Below are positions 20,641 to 30,230 of a stretch of DNA of 55,545 nucleotides, piece by piece. The stretch covers positions 1-55,545 of the forward strand of contig CAWCNA010000006.1 of NCBI GenBank assembly GCA_963796795.1. Reading direction: 5' to 3'. The stretch comes from Candidatus Adlerbacteria bacterium (GTDB lineage: Bacteria; Patescibacteriota; Minisyncoccia; Phycocordibacterales; SBAW01). Positions within the stretch are counted from its first letter, which is position 1; every line of letters begins with the position of its first letter. The position numbers were made by a program, and so were the translations under genes. Below the pieces are notes generated by a model. It was not told the DNA's origin. It worked only from the letters and a program-made list of their open reading frames with translations, and did not search any database.

Positions 20641-20997
20641 ATGTGCAACACTAGAGGAGGCGACGCGGAAGGCGCCATTGCTCTTGCAGAAGAATTGCAA
20701 TCGCTGCAAAAGCCAATTCGTGTAGCAGTTCAATATAATAATTCCTGTATCTCCGCAGGTGCAATTATTTGGGGTTCCTCGGCATTCCGTACGGCTGCAG
20801 GTAAGGTAGTTTTGCACATTGTTGGCAATAAAAACACTGGTGAACCTAATGCGGAGTTAAATAAACGAGTTATAAAAATCCTCGCACATTCAGGCTTTTC
20901 CCAAAAACTCCAAAACGAGATCCGGAACGGCACATGGGACAAACAGTATCCGTTAACTGGCCCTGAGGTGTCTCAAAACTTTCGAAGCCCTGAATAA
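20641..20997 (+). CDS. Hypothetical protein with ClpP/crotonase-like motifs; 5' end uncertain
   Basis: NTRGGD..GAIALA, CISAGAII, VVLH resemble ClpP SPGG/Ser/His motifs; G-run at 20587-20592 may be a frameshift. Confidence 0.4.
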   Translation: MCNTRGGDAEGAIALAEELQSLQKPIRVAVQYNNSCISAGAIIWGSSAFRTAAGKVVLHIVGNKNTGEPNAELNKRVIKILAHSGFSQKLQNEIRNGTWDKQYPLTGPEVSQNFRSPE

Positions 20998-21011
20998 GGG
21001 CTTTTTCTTTT
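20984..21011 (+). terminator. Intrinsic terminator
   Basis: AAGCCCT-GAATA-AGGGCTT followed by a T-rich tract. Confidence 0.65.
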
Positions 21012-21042
21012 CTAAAACCTCAATTTGCTATACTAGAGGTAT

Positions 21043-21678
21043 ATGCAAATCACAAAACTCGGACACTGCTGTTTGATAATGGAAATCGGGGGTGTAAAGA
21101 TTGTTACGGACCCGGGGAATTTTACGACCGCCCAGAACGATGTAGAGGGCGTACATATAATTTTAATAACGCACGAGCATCAGGACCACTTCCACGTGGA
21201 GTCGGTCAAAGCAATGATGATAAAAAACCCTACCGCTGTAGTTGTGACAAACGCGGCAGTCGGGGCGTTGCTTGATAAGGAAGGCATTGCATCAACTCGT
21301 GTCGGCGATGGCGAGACGCAGGAGGTGAACGGGATAAAAATAGAAGGGTTTGGGAAAGACCACGCGCCTATTTATGGAGAGATGGGCCGTGTTGAAAACA
21401 CAGCGTATATGGTTGCCGATGCGTTTTATTTCCCAGGGGACAACTACCACGTCTGTGGCAAACCAGTAGATGTGTTGGCGCTTCCGGTTGCCGGCCCGTG
21501 GATGAAAATGTCGGATGCGATAGATTTTGCAAAAGCAGTAAAAGCCCGTACTGCGTTTGGTGTACATGACGGCATGATAGTGCCTGCCTTCCGTGGATTT
21601 ACAGGAATGCTACTTGAACGATTTGTTCCAGAAACAACATACATAGCACTCGCCGACGGAGAGTCGAAGGAATTTTAG
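21043..21678 (+). CDS. MBL-fold metallo-hydrolase
   Basis: THEHQDH, YFPGD, ALPVAGPW, VHDG. Confidence 0.9.
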   Translation: MQITKLGHCCLIMEIGGVKIVTDPGNFTTAQNDVEGVHIILITHEHQDHFHVESVKAMMIKNPTAVVVTNAAVGALLDKEGIASTRVGDGETQEVNGIKIEGFGKDHAPIYGEMGRVENTAYMVADAFYFPGDNYHVCGKPVDVLALPVAGPWMKMSDAIDFAKAVKARTAFGVHDGMIVPAFRGFTGMLLERFVPETTYIALADGESKEF

Positions 21679-21681
21679 CTT

Positions 21682-21706
21682 TGTCTGGAGGCCACGCCTC
21701 CAGACA
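21682..21706. repeat. Perfect 11-bp hairpin between convergent genes (terminator or palindromic element)
   Basis: TGTCTGGAGGC-CAC-GCCTCCAGACA. Confidence 0.7.
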
Positions 21707-23179
21707 TTAGGCAAACCCGGGGAAGAAATCGACTTTGATGTTGCGGCGAGAGACTCCGACCTCTTTCAATGTATCCTCAAAGGCCACAACCATTGAGCGT
21801 GGCCCTGAGATATAGAACATACGTTCTTTGTAATCAGGAACTTCGCGCATGAGTGTATCTTTGTCGAACATCTTACCATAGACAGTTTTGAGACCTATTT
21901 TTTGCTCCGCTACATCAAACACGTCCCTGTACGCAACTTCTTGTGCTGTTTTGGTTGAGTACAGAAGTATGGCATCGCGCCGTTCCTTTTTGTCTACCAA
22001 ATACTGCACCATCGAACGGAAGGGTGTGATGCCAATGCCGCCCGCTATAAATACCAGCTTCGTGGATAAGTCTTTTGGCATAGTAAATTCTCCTGCGAGT
22101 TGAGAGACTGAAATTATTTCCCCCACGCGCAACGCCCGCAGAGTTTGTTTGAATGTGCTTGAAGGTTCATACATTTTTACCCCAAGATACAACTCCTTTT
22201 CAGTTGGGGAAGAGGCAATAGTAAAGTAGCGGCGGTTGCCACGCGTATCAGGTTTTGTAAAAGGAAGTGTCCATTCCAGATATTGCCCTGGTTTAAAATG
22301 TAGAGGTTTGTCGAGTGTAAACGAAAAATTATGTACACCTTCAGCAATTTCTTTTGAATGGAGTAAGGTAAGCATGCGGCGGCTTCTTGGGCTTGCCGCA
22401 TATGCGTACAAATTTCCAATCACAAGTGCTATTTCCGGCGATGAGTAGAGCGAGAAAATTTGTACGCCAGGGATAAAGAACAACCCCACAATAGCGCCAT
22501 AAAGCACCCTATGGAGCCGTGTAGGAGGGCTTGTAAGCGGCTCGGTTAACATAATGGTGCCAAGGAAGATAAGCGGTGAGTCCAGCAGCGTATCCCATAG
22601 TGAAGTAAAAGAGTTTTGTGCAGCAAAATGGATGATAATACCAACTGCGGCAACTCCTGTAAAACTAAAGAAAAGATCAAATCGCTGGATCTTGCGCACT
22701 ACTAAAAAGCCGCCTATAAGTACAAACACGAGTAAAAATTTATTTCCCACCCACCAGCTTGCGTATGCGCTGAAGAATACCCCGGTAAACACTACCGCAA
22801 GCGCCGCGGGATTAAAGATATGTTTTTTCCCTATAACAAGGATATATTTTGATGCCATTGCGATAAGGCTTGCAATAAACAACATCAATGCCCCGTGGAA
22901 ATCTGTAATCGCGACCGGAGTCAAAATAAGGGCCAAAATAAAACCGGTTATGTATACTGATTCAATATTTGGGGTAACCTTCCATACCCTTGCAAAGCCT
23001 TCGTTGCTGCACCAGCAGGCGACTGTAATAACGGCGATAGAAAAGAATATGGAAATTGGGGAGTAGGAAAGTATACCAACAAATCCGAGCACCATGGCAA
23101 CTATCAAGAGTGCTGTGAGGTAGTACAGCACCAAGCGGTACATGGTGATGCGGTTTAGCAGGTTGTCGATATATTGCAT
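21707..23179 (-). CDS. NQR2/RnfD-like membrane domain fused to an FNR-type FAD/NAD-binding domain
   Basis: KHIFNPAA and MLTEPLTSP in the membrane part; FKPGQY, RYFTIASSP, AGGIGITPFRS, YISGP in the C-terminal part. Confidence 0.88.
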   Translation of the reverse strand: MQYIDNLLNRITMYRLVLYYLTALLIVAMVLGFVGILSYSPISIFFSIAVITVACWCSNEGFARVWKVTPNIESVYITGFILALILTPVAITDFHGALMLFIASLIAMASKYILVIGKKHIFNPAALAVVFTGVFFSAYASWWVGNKFLLVFVLIGGFLVVRKIQRFDLFFSFTGVAAVGIIIHFAAQNSFTSLWDTLLDSPLIFLGTIMLTEPLTSPPTRLHRVLYGAIVGLFFIPGVQIFSLYSSPEIALVIGNLYAYAASPRSRRMLTLLHSKEIAEGVHNFSFTLDKPLHFKPGQYLEWTLPFTKPDTRGNRRYFTIASSPTEKELYLGVKMYEPSSTFKQTLRALRVGEIISVSQLAGEFTMPKDLSTKLVFIAGGIGITPFRSMVQYLVDKKERRDAILLYSTKTAQEVAYRDVFDVAEQKIGLKTVYGKMFDKDTLMREVPDYKERMFYISGPRSMVVAFEDTLKEVGVSRRNIKVDFFPGFA

Positions 23180-23180
23180 A

Positions 23181-23966
23181 TTATTTTGTTAGCCCTAAAA
23201 ATCCGCTCGTCATCGTTGCGATGCCGTTCCTATCTATTGAGTATGCCTCAAAACCACTCAGGGATTCAATGAACTGTATGCCTCTCGTGCCCATGGCAAA
23301 CGCAGCAGTGGCAAAGCGATCGGCTTCTAATACGTCGGGCCCCACAACAGTGATACTTTTTACTTCATCCAATGCTTCTTCGGGTACAAGGGGATTGTAG
23401 ATGTGATTCCTGCGTTCATAACTCCCTGAGGTTGCAACACCTTTTCCACGGGGATAGATAACTTTTACAATTTCATCTAGTTTAAACGGGTTACGTATAC
23501 CAACACTCCATTCACCCCCCTCAGAATTTTTTCCAGATGTTTGTATATCACCACCCGCCTCTACATAGAAATTATGTGAGCCGCAGTGGACGAGAAGATC
23601 AGCGGCGTTTTTTATAGCCCAACCTTTTACTATTCCTGACGGGTCAATACTTCCGTCTGGTTTTTCAATATCAAAATAGCCACGTGTTTCTTGTTTTGTT
23701 TTTTCAGCAAGATCAAAAACTTCCCACATATCTCCGCTGATGCCGAAGCGAAGCTGGCCTAACGAGGCTTTAGCCGAGACAGAGGCTTCGCGCAGGCTTT
23801 CACTTCTGTTGATCTTCGATATTTCGCTCGTTTCTTTATACGTGCTGAACCGTTCATCAACTTTTGTGAAATAGGCAAAAACCCCATCAAGTATGTTTGA
23901 TGAGGTCTCCGTTTCGACAACCTCGACAGTGATGGGCATACCCATTATCAGCCGAGTGTCCTTCAT
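23181..23966 (-). CDS. apbE: FAD:protein FMN transferase ApbE
   Basis: FSTYKETSEISKIN, DPSGIVKGWA, EAGGD, VATSGSYER..HIYNP, ADRFATA. Confidence 0.9.
   Translation of the reverse strand: MKDTRLIMGMPITVEVVETETSSNILDGVFAYFTKVDERFSTYKETSEISKINRSESLREASVSAKASLGQLRFGISGDMWEVFDLAEKTKQETRGYFDIEKPDGSIDPSGIVKGWAIKNAADLLVHCGSHNFYVEAGGDIQTSGKNSEGGEWSVGIRNPFKLDEIVKVIYPRGKGVATSGSYERRNHIYNPLVPEEALDEVKSITVVGPDVLEADRFATAAFAMGTRGIQFIESLSGFEAYSIDRNGIATMTSGFLGLTK
23739..23800 (+). repeat. Intragenic palindromic element, copy C
   Basis: GATGCC GAA GCGAAGCT-(inner)-GGCTTCGC GCA GGCTTT, read as part of SESLREASVSAKASLGQLRFGIS in ApbE. Confidence 0.8.
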
Positions 23967-23973
23967 ACGTTTG

Positions 23974-24447
23974 TTAGTTTTGTGCTGCTGCAAGTGCTAC
24001 TCCAAGTGATTGCTGGAAGCCTTGACTATCCTGGGTTGCACCTGAAATAACGTTAACCTTTGCACTTTGTGTCGTAATAGCTTCCTGTATAAGAACAGGG
24101 AAAGCTGATGCGGCAATCTCATTAGTGTTTCCAGGACCTTGGGGTTTTTGCAGCATCTGTATTGATGCTATCTTGCCGCCAGAAACGGTAACGCCGACCT
24201 GTACTTGGCCATATGGAGCTGCATCCCCAACGCTACCTGTATAGGTGCCATCTTTATACGAACTACTCGTAGTAGTCGTTGTTGTCGTAGTAGTAGTCGT
24301 GGTTGTGCTGGCTGTATCTGTTGGTACACCCGTTTGGTCAGTTGTCACCGGTGTTGCTGGTGCTACTGTCTGCGACCTTGAGGCGCTCCACAATGCGTAC
24401 CCGCCCAATAAAACTACAACGATGCCGCTCACGATAAATTTCTTCAT
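23974..24447 (-). CDS. Membrane-anchored FMN-binding (flavinylated) protein
   Basis: N-terminal TM, poly-Thr linker, YKDGTYTG, ISGAT flavinylation motif. Confidence 0.88.
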   Translation of the reverse strand: MKKFIVSGIVVVLLGGYALWSASRSQTVAPATPVTTDQTGVPTDTASTTTTTTTTTTTTTSSSYKDGTYTGSVGDAAPYGQVQVGVTVSGGKIASIQMLQKPQGPGNTNEIAASAFPVLIQEAITTQSAKVNVISGATQDSQGFQQSLGVALAAAQN

Positions 24448-24466
24448 ATTCAGGTAGTTTACACTA

Positions 24467-24877
24467 TTACTGCCTTGCTGGCATTGCTGGGCGAATTTGT
24501 ACCGACTGCGCCGTGATGCTACCATCACTATTTGCCTGACCAACGACTATAACGTTTGTCCCAGGGGTCAAGTCTGCCGAACTACCCGCAACAGTTTTAG
24601 CGATAGTAGTTGAGTTGCCGAGCAAGACGAGTTGGGTTGAAGAGCTATTTGCGAGCTGTATCGTCATGCTTGTTGAATCAGAAGTAACAATTTGACCCGT
24701 TGCAGCACCTCCTCCCGCCGCACCTCCGCGTGCAAAGCCTGTGCGCCCTGCGCCAAATTGGCCTGCGGTTGGGCGAGCAGGAGTTTGTGATTTTGCATAC
24801 GTCATACCACCGTAAAATGAACCACCCATCAGTATCAATACAACAACCACTGCAATTATTTTTTTCTTCGAGTTCAT
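24467..24877 (-). CDS. Hypothetical exported beta-rich protein
   Basis: TM anchor, Gly-rich linker, G.NSDGSITAQSVQI. Confidence 0.7.
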   Translation of the reverse strand: MNSKKKIIAVVVVLILMGGSFYGGMTYAKSQTPARPTAGQFGAGRTGFARGGAAGGGAATGQIVTSDSTSMTIQLANSSSTQLVLLGNSTTIAKTVAGSSADLTPGTNVIVVGQANSDGSITAQSVQIRPAMPARQ

Positions 24878-24905
24878 ATTATTTTTCTAACTTATAATTA
24901 ATTAT

Positions 24906-26156
24906 CTACTCGTATCTCAACGCTTCTATCGGATTGAGCGATGCCGCGCGCCGTGCTGGATACCATCCAAAGACAATACCGATGACGGCTGACACACCAA
25001 ACGCCAATAGGATAGAAAGCATTGAAATACTCGTCGTGATAAGCCCCAAAGCGCTCACAGCCAGAGCAATTCCGACACCAAGTGCGATACCTATTGTTCC
25101 ACCAATAAGAGTCAATACAACCGCTTCGATAAGAAACTGACGGCTGATATCAGCCTTCTTTGCACCGATAGCTTTGCGCAAGCCGATTTCCCGAGTGCGC
25201 TCGGTAACTGTGGTAAGCATCATGTTCATAATGCCGATGCCGCCGACGACGAGCGAAATGCCAGCGATAGAGGCAAGAAGAAGTGTAAGTGTTTGTGAGA
25301 CGCTCGACACTGCCGAGAGCAGGTCATTTTGATTTAACACGCTGAAGTCGGCTTTTGTCGGATCGCTGATGTTGTGTCTCTGCAGAAGAAGAGCGGTTAT
25401 GTCATCCTGCACCTGCGTCATAGTGCTTGCATTTGTTGCCTGTATATCGATTGTTGTGACAGAATTATTGCCAGTCAAAAAACGTTGTGCGCTTTGTGCA
25501 GGTATATAAATATTATTGTCGGGGCTTGTAAATCCACTACCACCCTTGGCAACCGTGATACCAACGACAGTAAATTCCATGCCTTTAATGCGGATAGTTT
25601 GGCCTACTATCCCGGCAGGGAGCCCGTCTGCCTGTGTGTCATCAGTTCCAAACAAATCGCTTGCGGCTGTTGGTCCCAGCACGGCGACTTTTGAAAGGTT
25701 TGCATTTTGGTCGTCGGTAATAAAACTACCTTGGTCTATCGCAACGTTACGAATTGATGCATACGCGCTTGTGACACCAATCACCGACGTGTTGGTATTC
25801 GTGCCTTTTGCGGTAATTTGTTCGCGGGCAGAAACTTCGCTCGCGACGGCATTTACATTACTGACACTTGTCCCAATTGCATCGGCATCTGCTTGTATAA
25901 GTGTTGATGCAGAACCTCGGCCAGAGGACACTCCAAAGCCTCCGGCAGTACGAGCAGCGCCCGGAGTCACTTCAAGCAGGTTTGAACCCAAAGATTGGAT
26001 GCTTGACTGGATACCCGATGCGGCACCTTGGCCCACGGATACCATCGCGATAACAGAGCTAATACCAATGACAATTCCAAGCACGGTAAGTCCCGAGCGA
26101 ACTTTGTTTGCCGAGAGGGCAGTGTATGTTTCTTGTAATGTATCTTTGAGTGTCAT
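24906..26156 (-). CDS. MacB/FtsX-like ABC permease
   Basis: RSGLTVLGIVIG, VGGIGIMNMM, ERTREIGLRKAIGA, PIEALRYE. Confidence 0.93.
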   Translation of the reverse strand: MTLKDTLQETYTALSANKVRSGLTVLGIVIGISSVIAMVSVGQGAASGIQSSIQSLGSNLLEVTPGAARTAGGFGVSSGRGSASTLIQADADAIGTSVSNVNAVASEVSAREQITAKGTNTNTSVIGVTSAYASIRNVAIDQGSFITDDQNANLSKVAVLGPTAASDLFGTDDTQADGLPAGIVGQTIRIKGMEFTVVGITVAKGGSGFTSPDNNIYIPAQSAQRFLTGNNSVTTIDIQATNASTMTQVQDDITALLLQRHNISDPTKADFSVLNQNDLLSAVSSVSQTLTLLLASIAGISLVVGGIGIMNMMLTTVTERTREIGLRKAIGAKKADISRQFLIEAVVLTLIGGTIGIALGVGIALAVSALGLITTSISMLSILLAFGVSAVIGIVFGWYPARRAASLNPIEALRYE

Positions 26157-26158
26157 GA

Positions 26159-26872
26159 TTATTGTGCGTGGTGCTTTGCGTTTCTTCGTTTGTGCGCTTT
26201 CGAATCCGAAACAATCTTGCCGTCGCGTAGCATAATAATGCGCTCGGCATGTTCGGCAACATCGGGCTCGTGGGTAATGAGTATCACCGTGCGGCCGTGC
26301 TCTTCATTTAATTTTTGAAATGTACCAAGCACAATTTCGCCTGTTTTAGTATCGAGGTTTCCTGTTGGTTCGTCGGCCAAAATAAGTGATGGGTCGTTTA
26401 CAAGTGCGCGGGCAATTGCGACACGTTGTATCTGGCCGCCTGAAAGCTCGTTACTTTTGTGCATAAAGTGCGTCTCCGATAACCCTGATGAGACGAGTGC
26501 TTTTTTTGCACGCTTTTCGCGCTCTTCTTCGCCGACTCCTGCATAGACAAGTGGAAGCATCACATTGCGCAGCACTGTGGTGCGGGGGAGTAGGTTGAAT
26601 GCTTGGAACACGAAGCCGATTTTATCTTTCCGGATATCGGCCAGTTCCTCGTCATCCATTTTTGAAACATCTTTACTGTCTAAGCGGTAGGTGCCGGATG
26701 TTGGGGTGTCGAGGCAGCCGAGTATATGCATCATCGTTGATTTACCCGAGCCCGACGGCCCCATGATGGCAACAAATTCGCCATCCTCTATCGTAAAGGA
26801 AACACCATTGAGCGCTTGAAACGCTGTGTCTCCATTGCCATATGTTTTGGTAATGTCTTTAACCTCAATCAT
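26159..26872 (-). CDS. MacB/LolD-like ABC ATPase
   Basis: [35 protein letters not shown]. Confidence 0.93.
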   Translation of the reverse strand: MIEVKDITKTYGNGDTAFQALNGVSFTIEDGEFVAIMGPSGSGKSTMMHILGCLDTPTSGTYRLDSKDVSKMDDEELADIRKDKIGFVFQAFNLLPRTTVLRNVMLPLVYAGVGEEEREKRAKKALVSSGLSETHFMHKSNELSGGQIQRVAIARALVNDPSLILADEPTGNLDTKTGEIVLGTFQKLNEEHGRTVILITHEPDVAEHAERIIMLRDGKIVSDSKAHKRRNAKHHAQ

Positions 26873-26877
26873 TCTTT

Positions 26878-28683
26878 TTATCCGCCGATCCGTATTGCAC
26901 CGGCTCCGCCTCCAAACCCGCCTGCGGCACCTCCAGCCCTGCCTGTCGTGGCGGTAGCGGTAGCGGTAGCAGCAGGGGTTTTTGTTGCTGTAGCTGTACG
27001 GGTACTTGTTACGATTTGCTGTCCTTCAACTAACCCCGAAAGTATCTGCACATTCGTGTTGTCCGATGCACCCGTCGTGACAGGAATCATTTGAGGTGGA
27101 AGCGTCGACGTAACACCCGTGGTGCCGCCGGTTGCTGTAAGCGGGGGAACAAAAGCTTGTACAAAACTATTTCCACCCACTGTTTTTACTGCACTTGATG
27201 GAACTACAAGTGCGTCTTGCACCACATCAGTTTGAATGTCGGCATTGATAGTCATGCCTGGTTTTACACGGGTGTCCTGCGTGTCGAAGCTTATTTGGAT
27301 GCTGTACGAGACAACGCCTTGGCTCACGGTGCCGACAGTATTGATTTCAGCAACAGTACCGGTGAGTGTGAGGCCGTCGATTGCGTCGAAGGTGAGTATC
27401 GCTTTTTCACCGAGTTTTATTTTTGCAGCATCAACTTCGTTAACAGAAAGATCTGCGATTTGGGAATTTGTGATTATAGTTGCAGCTGCACTTCCTCCTG
27501 CTTGGTCACCAACAGCCACGTCGACAGCAGAAATTGTCCCGTCGAACGGCGCAGAAATAGTGTAGTCAGCAAGGTTGGCTTTTTGGTTTGCCAGGTCCTG
27601 TTCTTCTTTTGCGAGACTGTTTGCCGATACTTGCAAACTAATAGGGTTGCTGCCATCGGTCGAGTTTCCAACTTGGTCGAGAGTGATGGTTTGCTGGCCG
27701 CTCACAATTGCCTGTTTGTCGTTGTCGAGCGTCTTTTTATCATTTAATAGTTTAGTGAGGTCGGTGTTTGCAGTAGAAAGATTATTGCGCGCTGTACTTT
27801 GTACGCTTGAGAATGCCGACGGCAATGTTAGTTCATTTTTTTGTGCCAAGTCAGATGCTGCACCCAAAAAGTTAAGTTCACTCTGGAGTGCTTGCGCGAC
27901 TGCTGTCTGCATAGTTATCGACTGTGCGAGCATAGCGTCCATGGTTGTATTGCTCGATGTGCGGAGAAGTGTTTTGTACGCAGCAATAGCAGTTTCGTAA
28001 TCGGCATCGCCTGTTGCATAATCGCTCACAGCTTGCAGCTGGAATGATTGCACGCTGCTTACGTTTTCAGATTGTGAATTAAAGACGTTAAATAATACAT
28101 CCTTGTTCCACACGCCTTTTTTGGTGGTATCAAATTCGGAACCATACAACACATCTTGCGCGCCCGAAACTACCGCAGGCAAGTCGAGATACACGTTCGT
28201 TAGATCGTTGAACATGTTGTTGTAGTCGTCCTGCAAATTTGCCTGGTCGTTGGCGAGCGCTGTTTGGTCGTTTTGATAATCAATGGGTGCCTGTGCTGCC
28301 GATTTTTGAAAGGTAAGTTGGTCAGTTGCGAGCTGGCTTTCGGCATCCTGTATTGATTGGACCGCGGTCGTGTCATCTATAGAGGCGAGCGCTTGGCCTG
28401 CATGTACGGTATCGCCGGCTTTAACGCCAACCCACGTAATTTCACCCGTGACCTGCGGCTTGATGTCGACGCTATTTGTTGCAGATACTTGGCCGGATTC
28501 GGAAACTGCCGAAATGATGGTGCTTGAAGCAACCGTGCCGAGCACGTACCGCACCTGCCCCGTTGTTGAAGTTGTCGCGCTGTATGCCCACCATCCAAGA
28601 CCTATGATAACCACAAGTCCGATGCCGCTAAGGATTTTGTGGGCAACGACATATTTTTTTACCGACATCCAATATTTGCGCAT
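26878..28683 (-). CDS. Efflux membrane-fusion (adaptor) protein with long coiled coil
   Basis: VKAGDTV lipoyl half-motifs, ISAPFDG, VNEVD, VKPGMT, ILSGL.EG. Confidence 0.88.
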   Translation of the reverse strand: MRKYWMSVKKYVVAHKILSGIGLVVIIGLGWWAYSATTSTTGQVRYVLGTVASSTIISAVSESGQVSATNSVDIKPQVTGEITWVGVKAGDTVHAGQALASIDDTTAVQSIQDAESQLATDQLTFQKSAAQAPIDYQNDQTALANDQANLQDDYNNMFNDLTNVYLDLPAVVSGAQDVLYGSEFDTTKKGVWNKDVLFNVFNSQSENVSSVQSFQLQAVSDYATGDADYETAIAAYKTLLRTSSNTTMDAMLAQSITMQTAVAQALQSELNFLGAASDLAQKNELTLPSAFSSVQSTARNNLSTANTDLTKLLNDKKTLDNDKQAIVSGQQTITLDQVGNSTDGSNPISLQVSANSLAKEEQDLANQKANLADYTISAPFDGTISAVDVAVGDQAGGSAAATIITNSQIADLSVNEVDAAKIKLGEKAILTFDAIDGLTLTGTVAEINTVGTVSQGVVSYSIQISFDTQDTRVKPGMTINADIQTDVVQDALVVPSSAVKTVGGNSFVQAFVPPLTATGGTTGVTSTLPPQMIPVTTGASDNTNVQILSGLVEGQQIVTSTRTATATKTPAATATATATTGRAGGAAGGFGGGAGAIRIGG

Positions 28684-28714
28684 AGAAAATAGCTAGCTTC
28701 TAAATAAATAATGA

Positions 28715-29194
28715 TTAATGCGCAGGGGGCGGAGGGAGGACACGGATAAGCTCCGCGGTCATTCGTGTGCTGCTTGTTGCAGCGCTTGGGTTGCCTATTG
28801 CAACTATTTGGTCGCCTACGTGTAAGCCCGACTGCGGCAGTGAAGTTGTCGCGCTCTCTATAGTAGTAGACGCATTCATCACGATTTCCTCGCTGTCGCC
28901 GCTACGAGTTTTGATTGTCAGGATTGAAGGGCTGATTGACTGGATAGTTCCAACTGCGCCGTGGCCACCCGGTATAAAGCCATGCGGCATTGCAACACCA
29001 AAGCCGCCAAGCCCGAGCATCGGCGCATCATGCCCACGAGCAGGACCTCCGCGGAGTTCGAGTGCGCGGCGCGTGCCTATGGCGAGGCCTGCATCAAATA
29101 CAAGCAACAGCACAAGTGCGGCGCCAAGGCACAGCAACAGCCATGTGAGCCATTTGGAGCGTCTCGCACTATGTACGTCTTTTTCTGTATCCAT
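28715..29194 (-). CDS. Hypothetical membrane-anchored protein
   Basis: TM segment plus a small beta domain resembling 24467-24877. Confidence 0.65.
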   Translation of the reverse strand: MDTEKDVHSARRSKWLTWLLLCLGAALVLLLVFDAGLAIGTRRALELRGGPARGHDAPMLGLGGFGVAMPHGFIPGGHGAVGTIQSISPSILTIKTRSGDSEEIVMNASTTIESATTSLPQSGLHVGDQIVAIGNPSAATSSTRMTAELIRVLPPPPAH

Positions 29195-29209
29195 AAATAA
29201 AATAAAAAA

Positions 29210-29605
29210 TTAAAAAGAAAATGCTACTCGTGCGTTAAGGAATGCGCGGCGGAGTGACCATGCAAGTGCGACAGCTAGCGACAATACGAGTAGCAAAGCG
29301 ACAGACGGGAGTGACTCAATGAGCGACAAGCCCACTTCGCGCCATGCGGACATCACAAACCCGCCGTCGGAAAAGAAGAGCGACGAGTAGGCGTAAAAGC
29401 CGGATGTATATAGTTCTTGCCCCACATACTGAAATGCAGGCACAAGTGCGATGCCGAATACGATTGATGAGATACCAAGCCAGAGCGTCTTTATGCGCGC
29501 ATGTTGCTGGCGGGCAAGGGCAATACGGGCGAGTACAGCCGCATAGAGGCCGCGAGGAGCCTCAACTTCCGCGAACACAGAAAATAGTCCTCCTTGTTTA
29601 TTCAT
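29210..29605 (-). CDS. Membrane protein, candidate anti-sigma factor
   Basis: Directly downstream of the ECF sigma; short N-terminal domain plus TM helices (inference). Confidence 0.55.
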   Translation of the reverse strand: MNKQGGLFSVFAEVEAPRGLYAAVLARIALARQQHARIKTLWLGISSIVFGIALVPAFQYVGQELYTSGFYAYSSLFFSDGGFVMSAWREVGLSLIESLPSVALLLVLSLAVALAWSLRRAFLNARVAFSF

Positions 29606-29620
29606 ATAACTAGTATACGG

Positions 29621-30204
29621 CTATTCATCGCGTTTCGGTGCGTACAGAGAAAGGATTTTTCGGAGTGCGGCAAGGGCGCGATGATGCCGGCTTTTGACAG
29701 TGTTTTGGGGCTCCTTGAGCGTCTGTCCAATTTCTTCAAAGGTGAGGTGGTTCGTGTAGTGGAGCGTCAGAATTTCCCGGTGTGCAGGCGAGAGTTCCAT
29801 CACCGCCTTGGCGACTATCTCCAAGTCCTCGGCCTCTGCAAATGCTTCGTCCGCAGGCAGCGACTCGTCAGCCAAGGTGTCGGCAACACTGTTTCTTCCC
29901 TCAGTATCCTCAAACTCCGATAGGGCGGGGTATTTTCGTTTGCGCAGATAGTCAATGCTCGCGTTACGGGCAATACGAAGGACCCATGTTTTAAAACGGC
30001 TGGTGTCGGAGTTATATTTTTTTAAACTTTTCCATGCCTTCAAAAAAACCTCCTGTGTGATGTCTTCTCCGGCGAGCGTGTCACCGACAAGCCGGTACAC
30101 GAAAAGAGTAGACAGTTGAGAGATGTCGTTTTGTGAGCTCCTCAAAGGATTTTTCATCACCGCCCAGAGTACTGGGCGATGAGTTCTTCATCAGTCCTGT
30201 CCAT
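29621..30204 (-). CDS. ECF RNA polymerase sigma factor; frameshifts near 30105-30170
   Basis: MDRTDEELI start, EDITQEVFLKAW, FKTWVLRIARN, TFEEIG, TVKSRHHRA. Confidence 0.88.
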
Positions 30205-30216
30205 ATCGTAATTTTT

Positions 30217-30224
30217 AGTATACT
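30217..30224. promoter_or_regulatory. Palindromic -10 box serving divergent genes
   Basis: AGTATACT gives TATACT on both strands inside a 26-bp intergenic gap. Confidence 0.55.
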
Positions 30225-30230
30225 CCTAAC

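Noticed and set aside
24264-24312. Trinucleotide-like (GTA/GTC/GTT) repeat
   Set aside because: Encodes the poly-Thr linker of the FMN-binding protein; ordinary low complexity.
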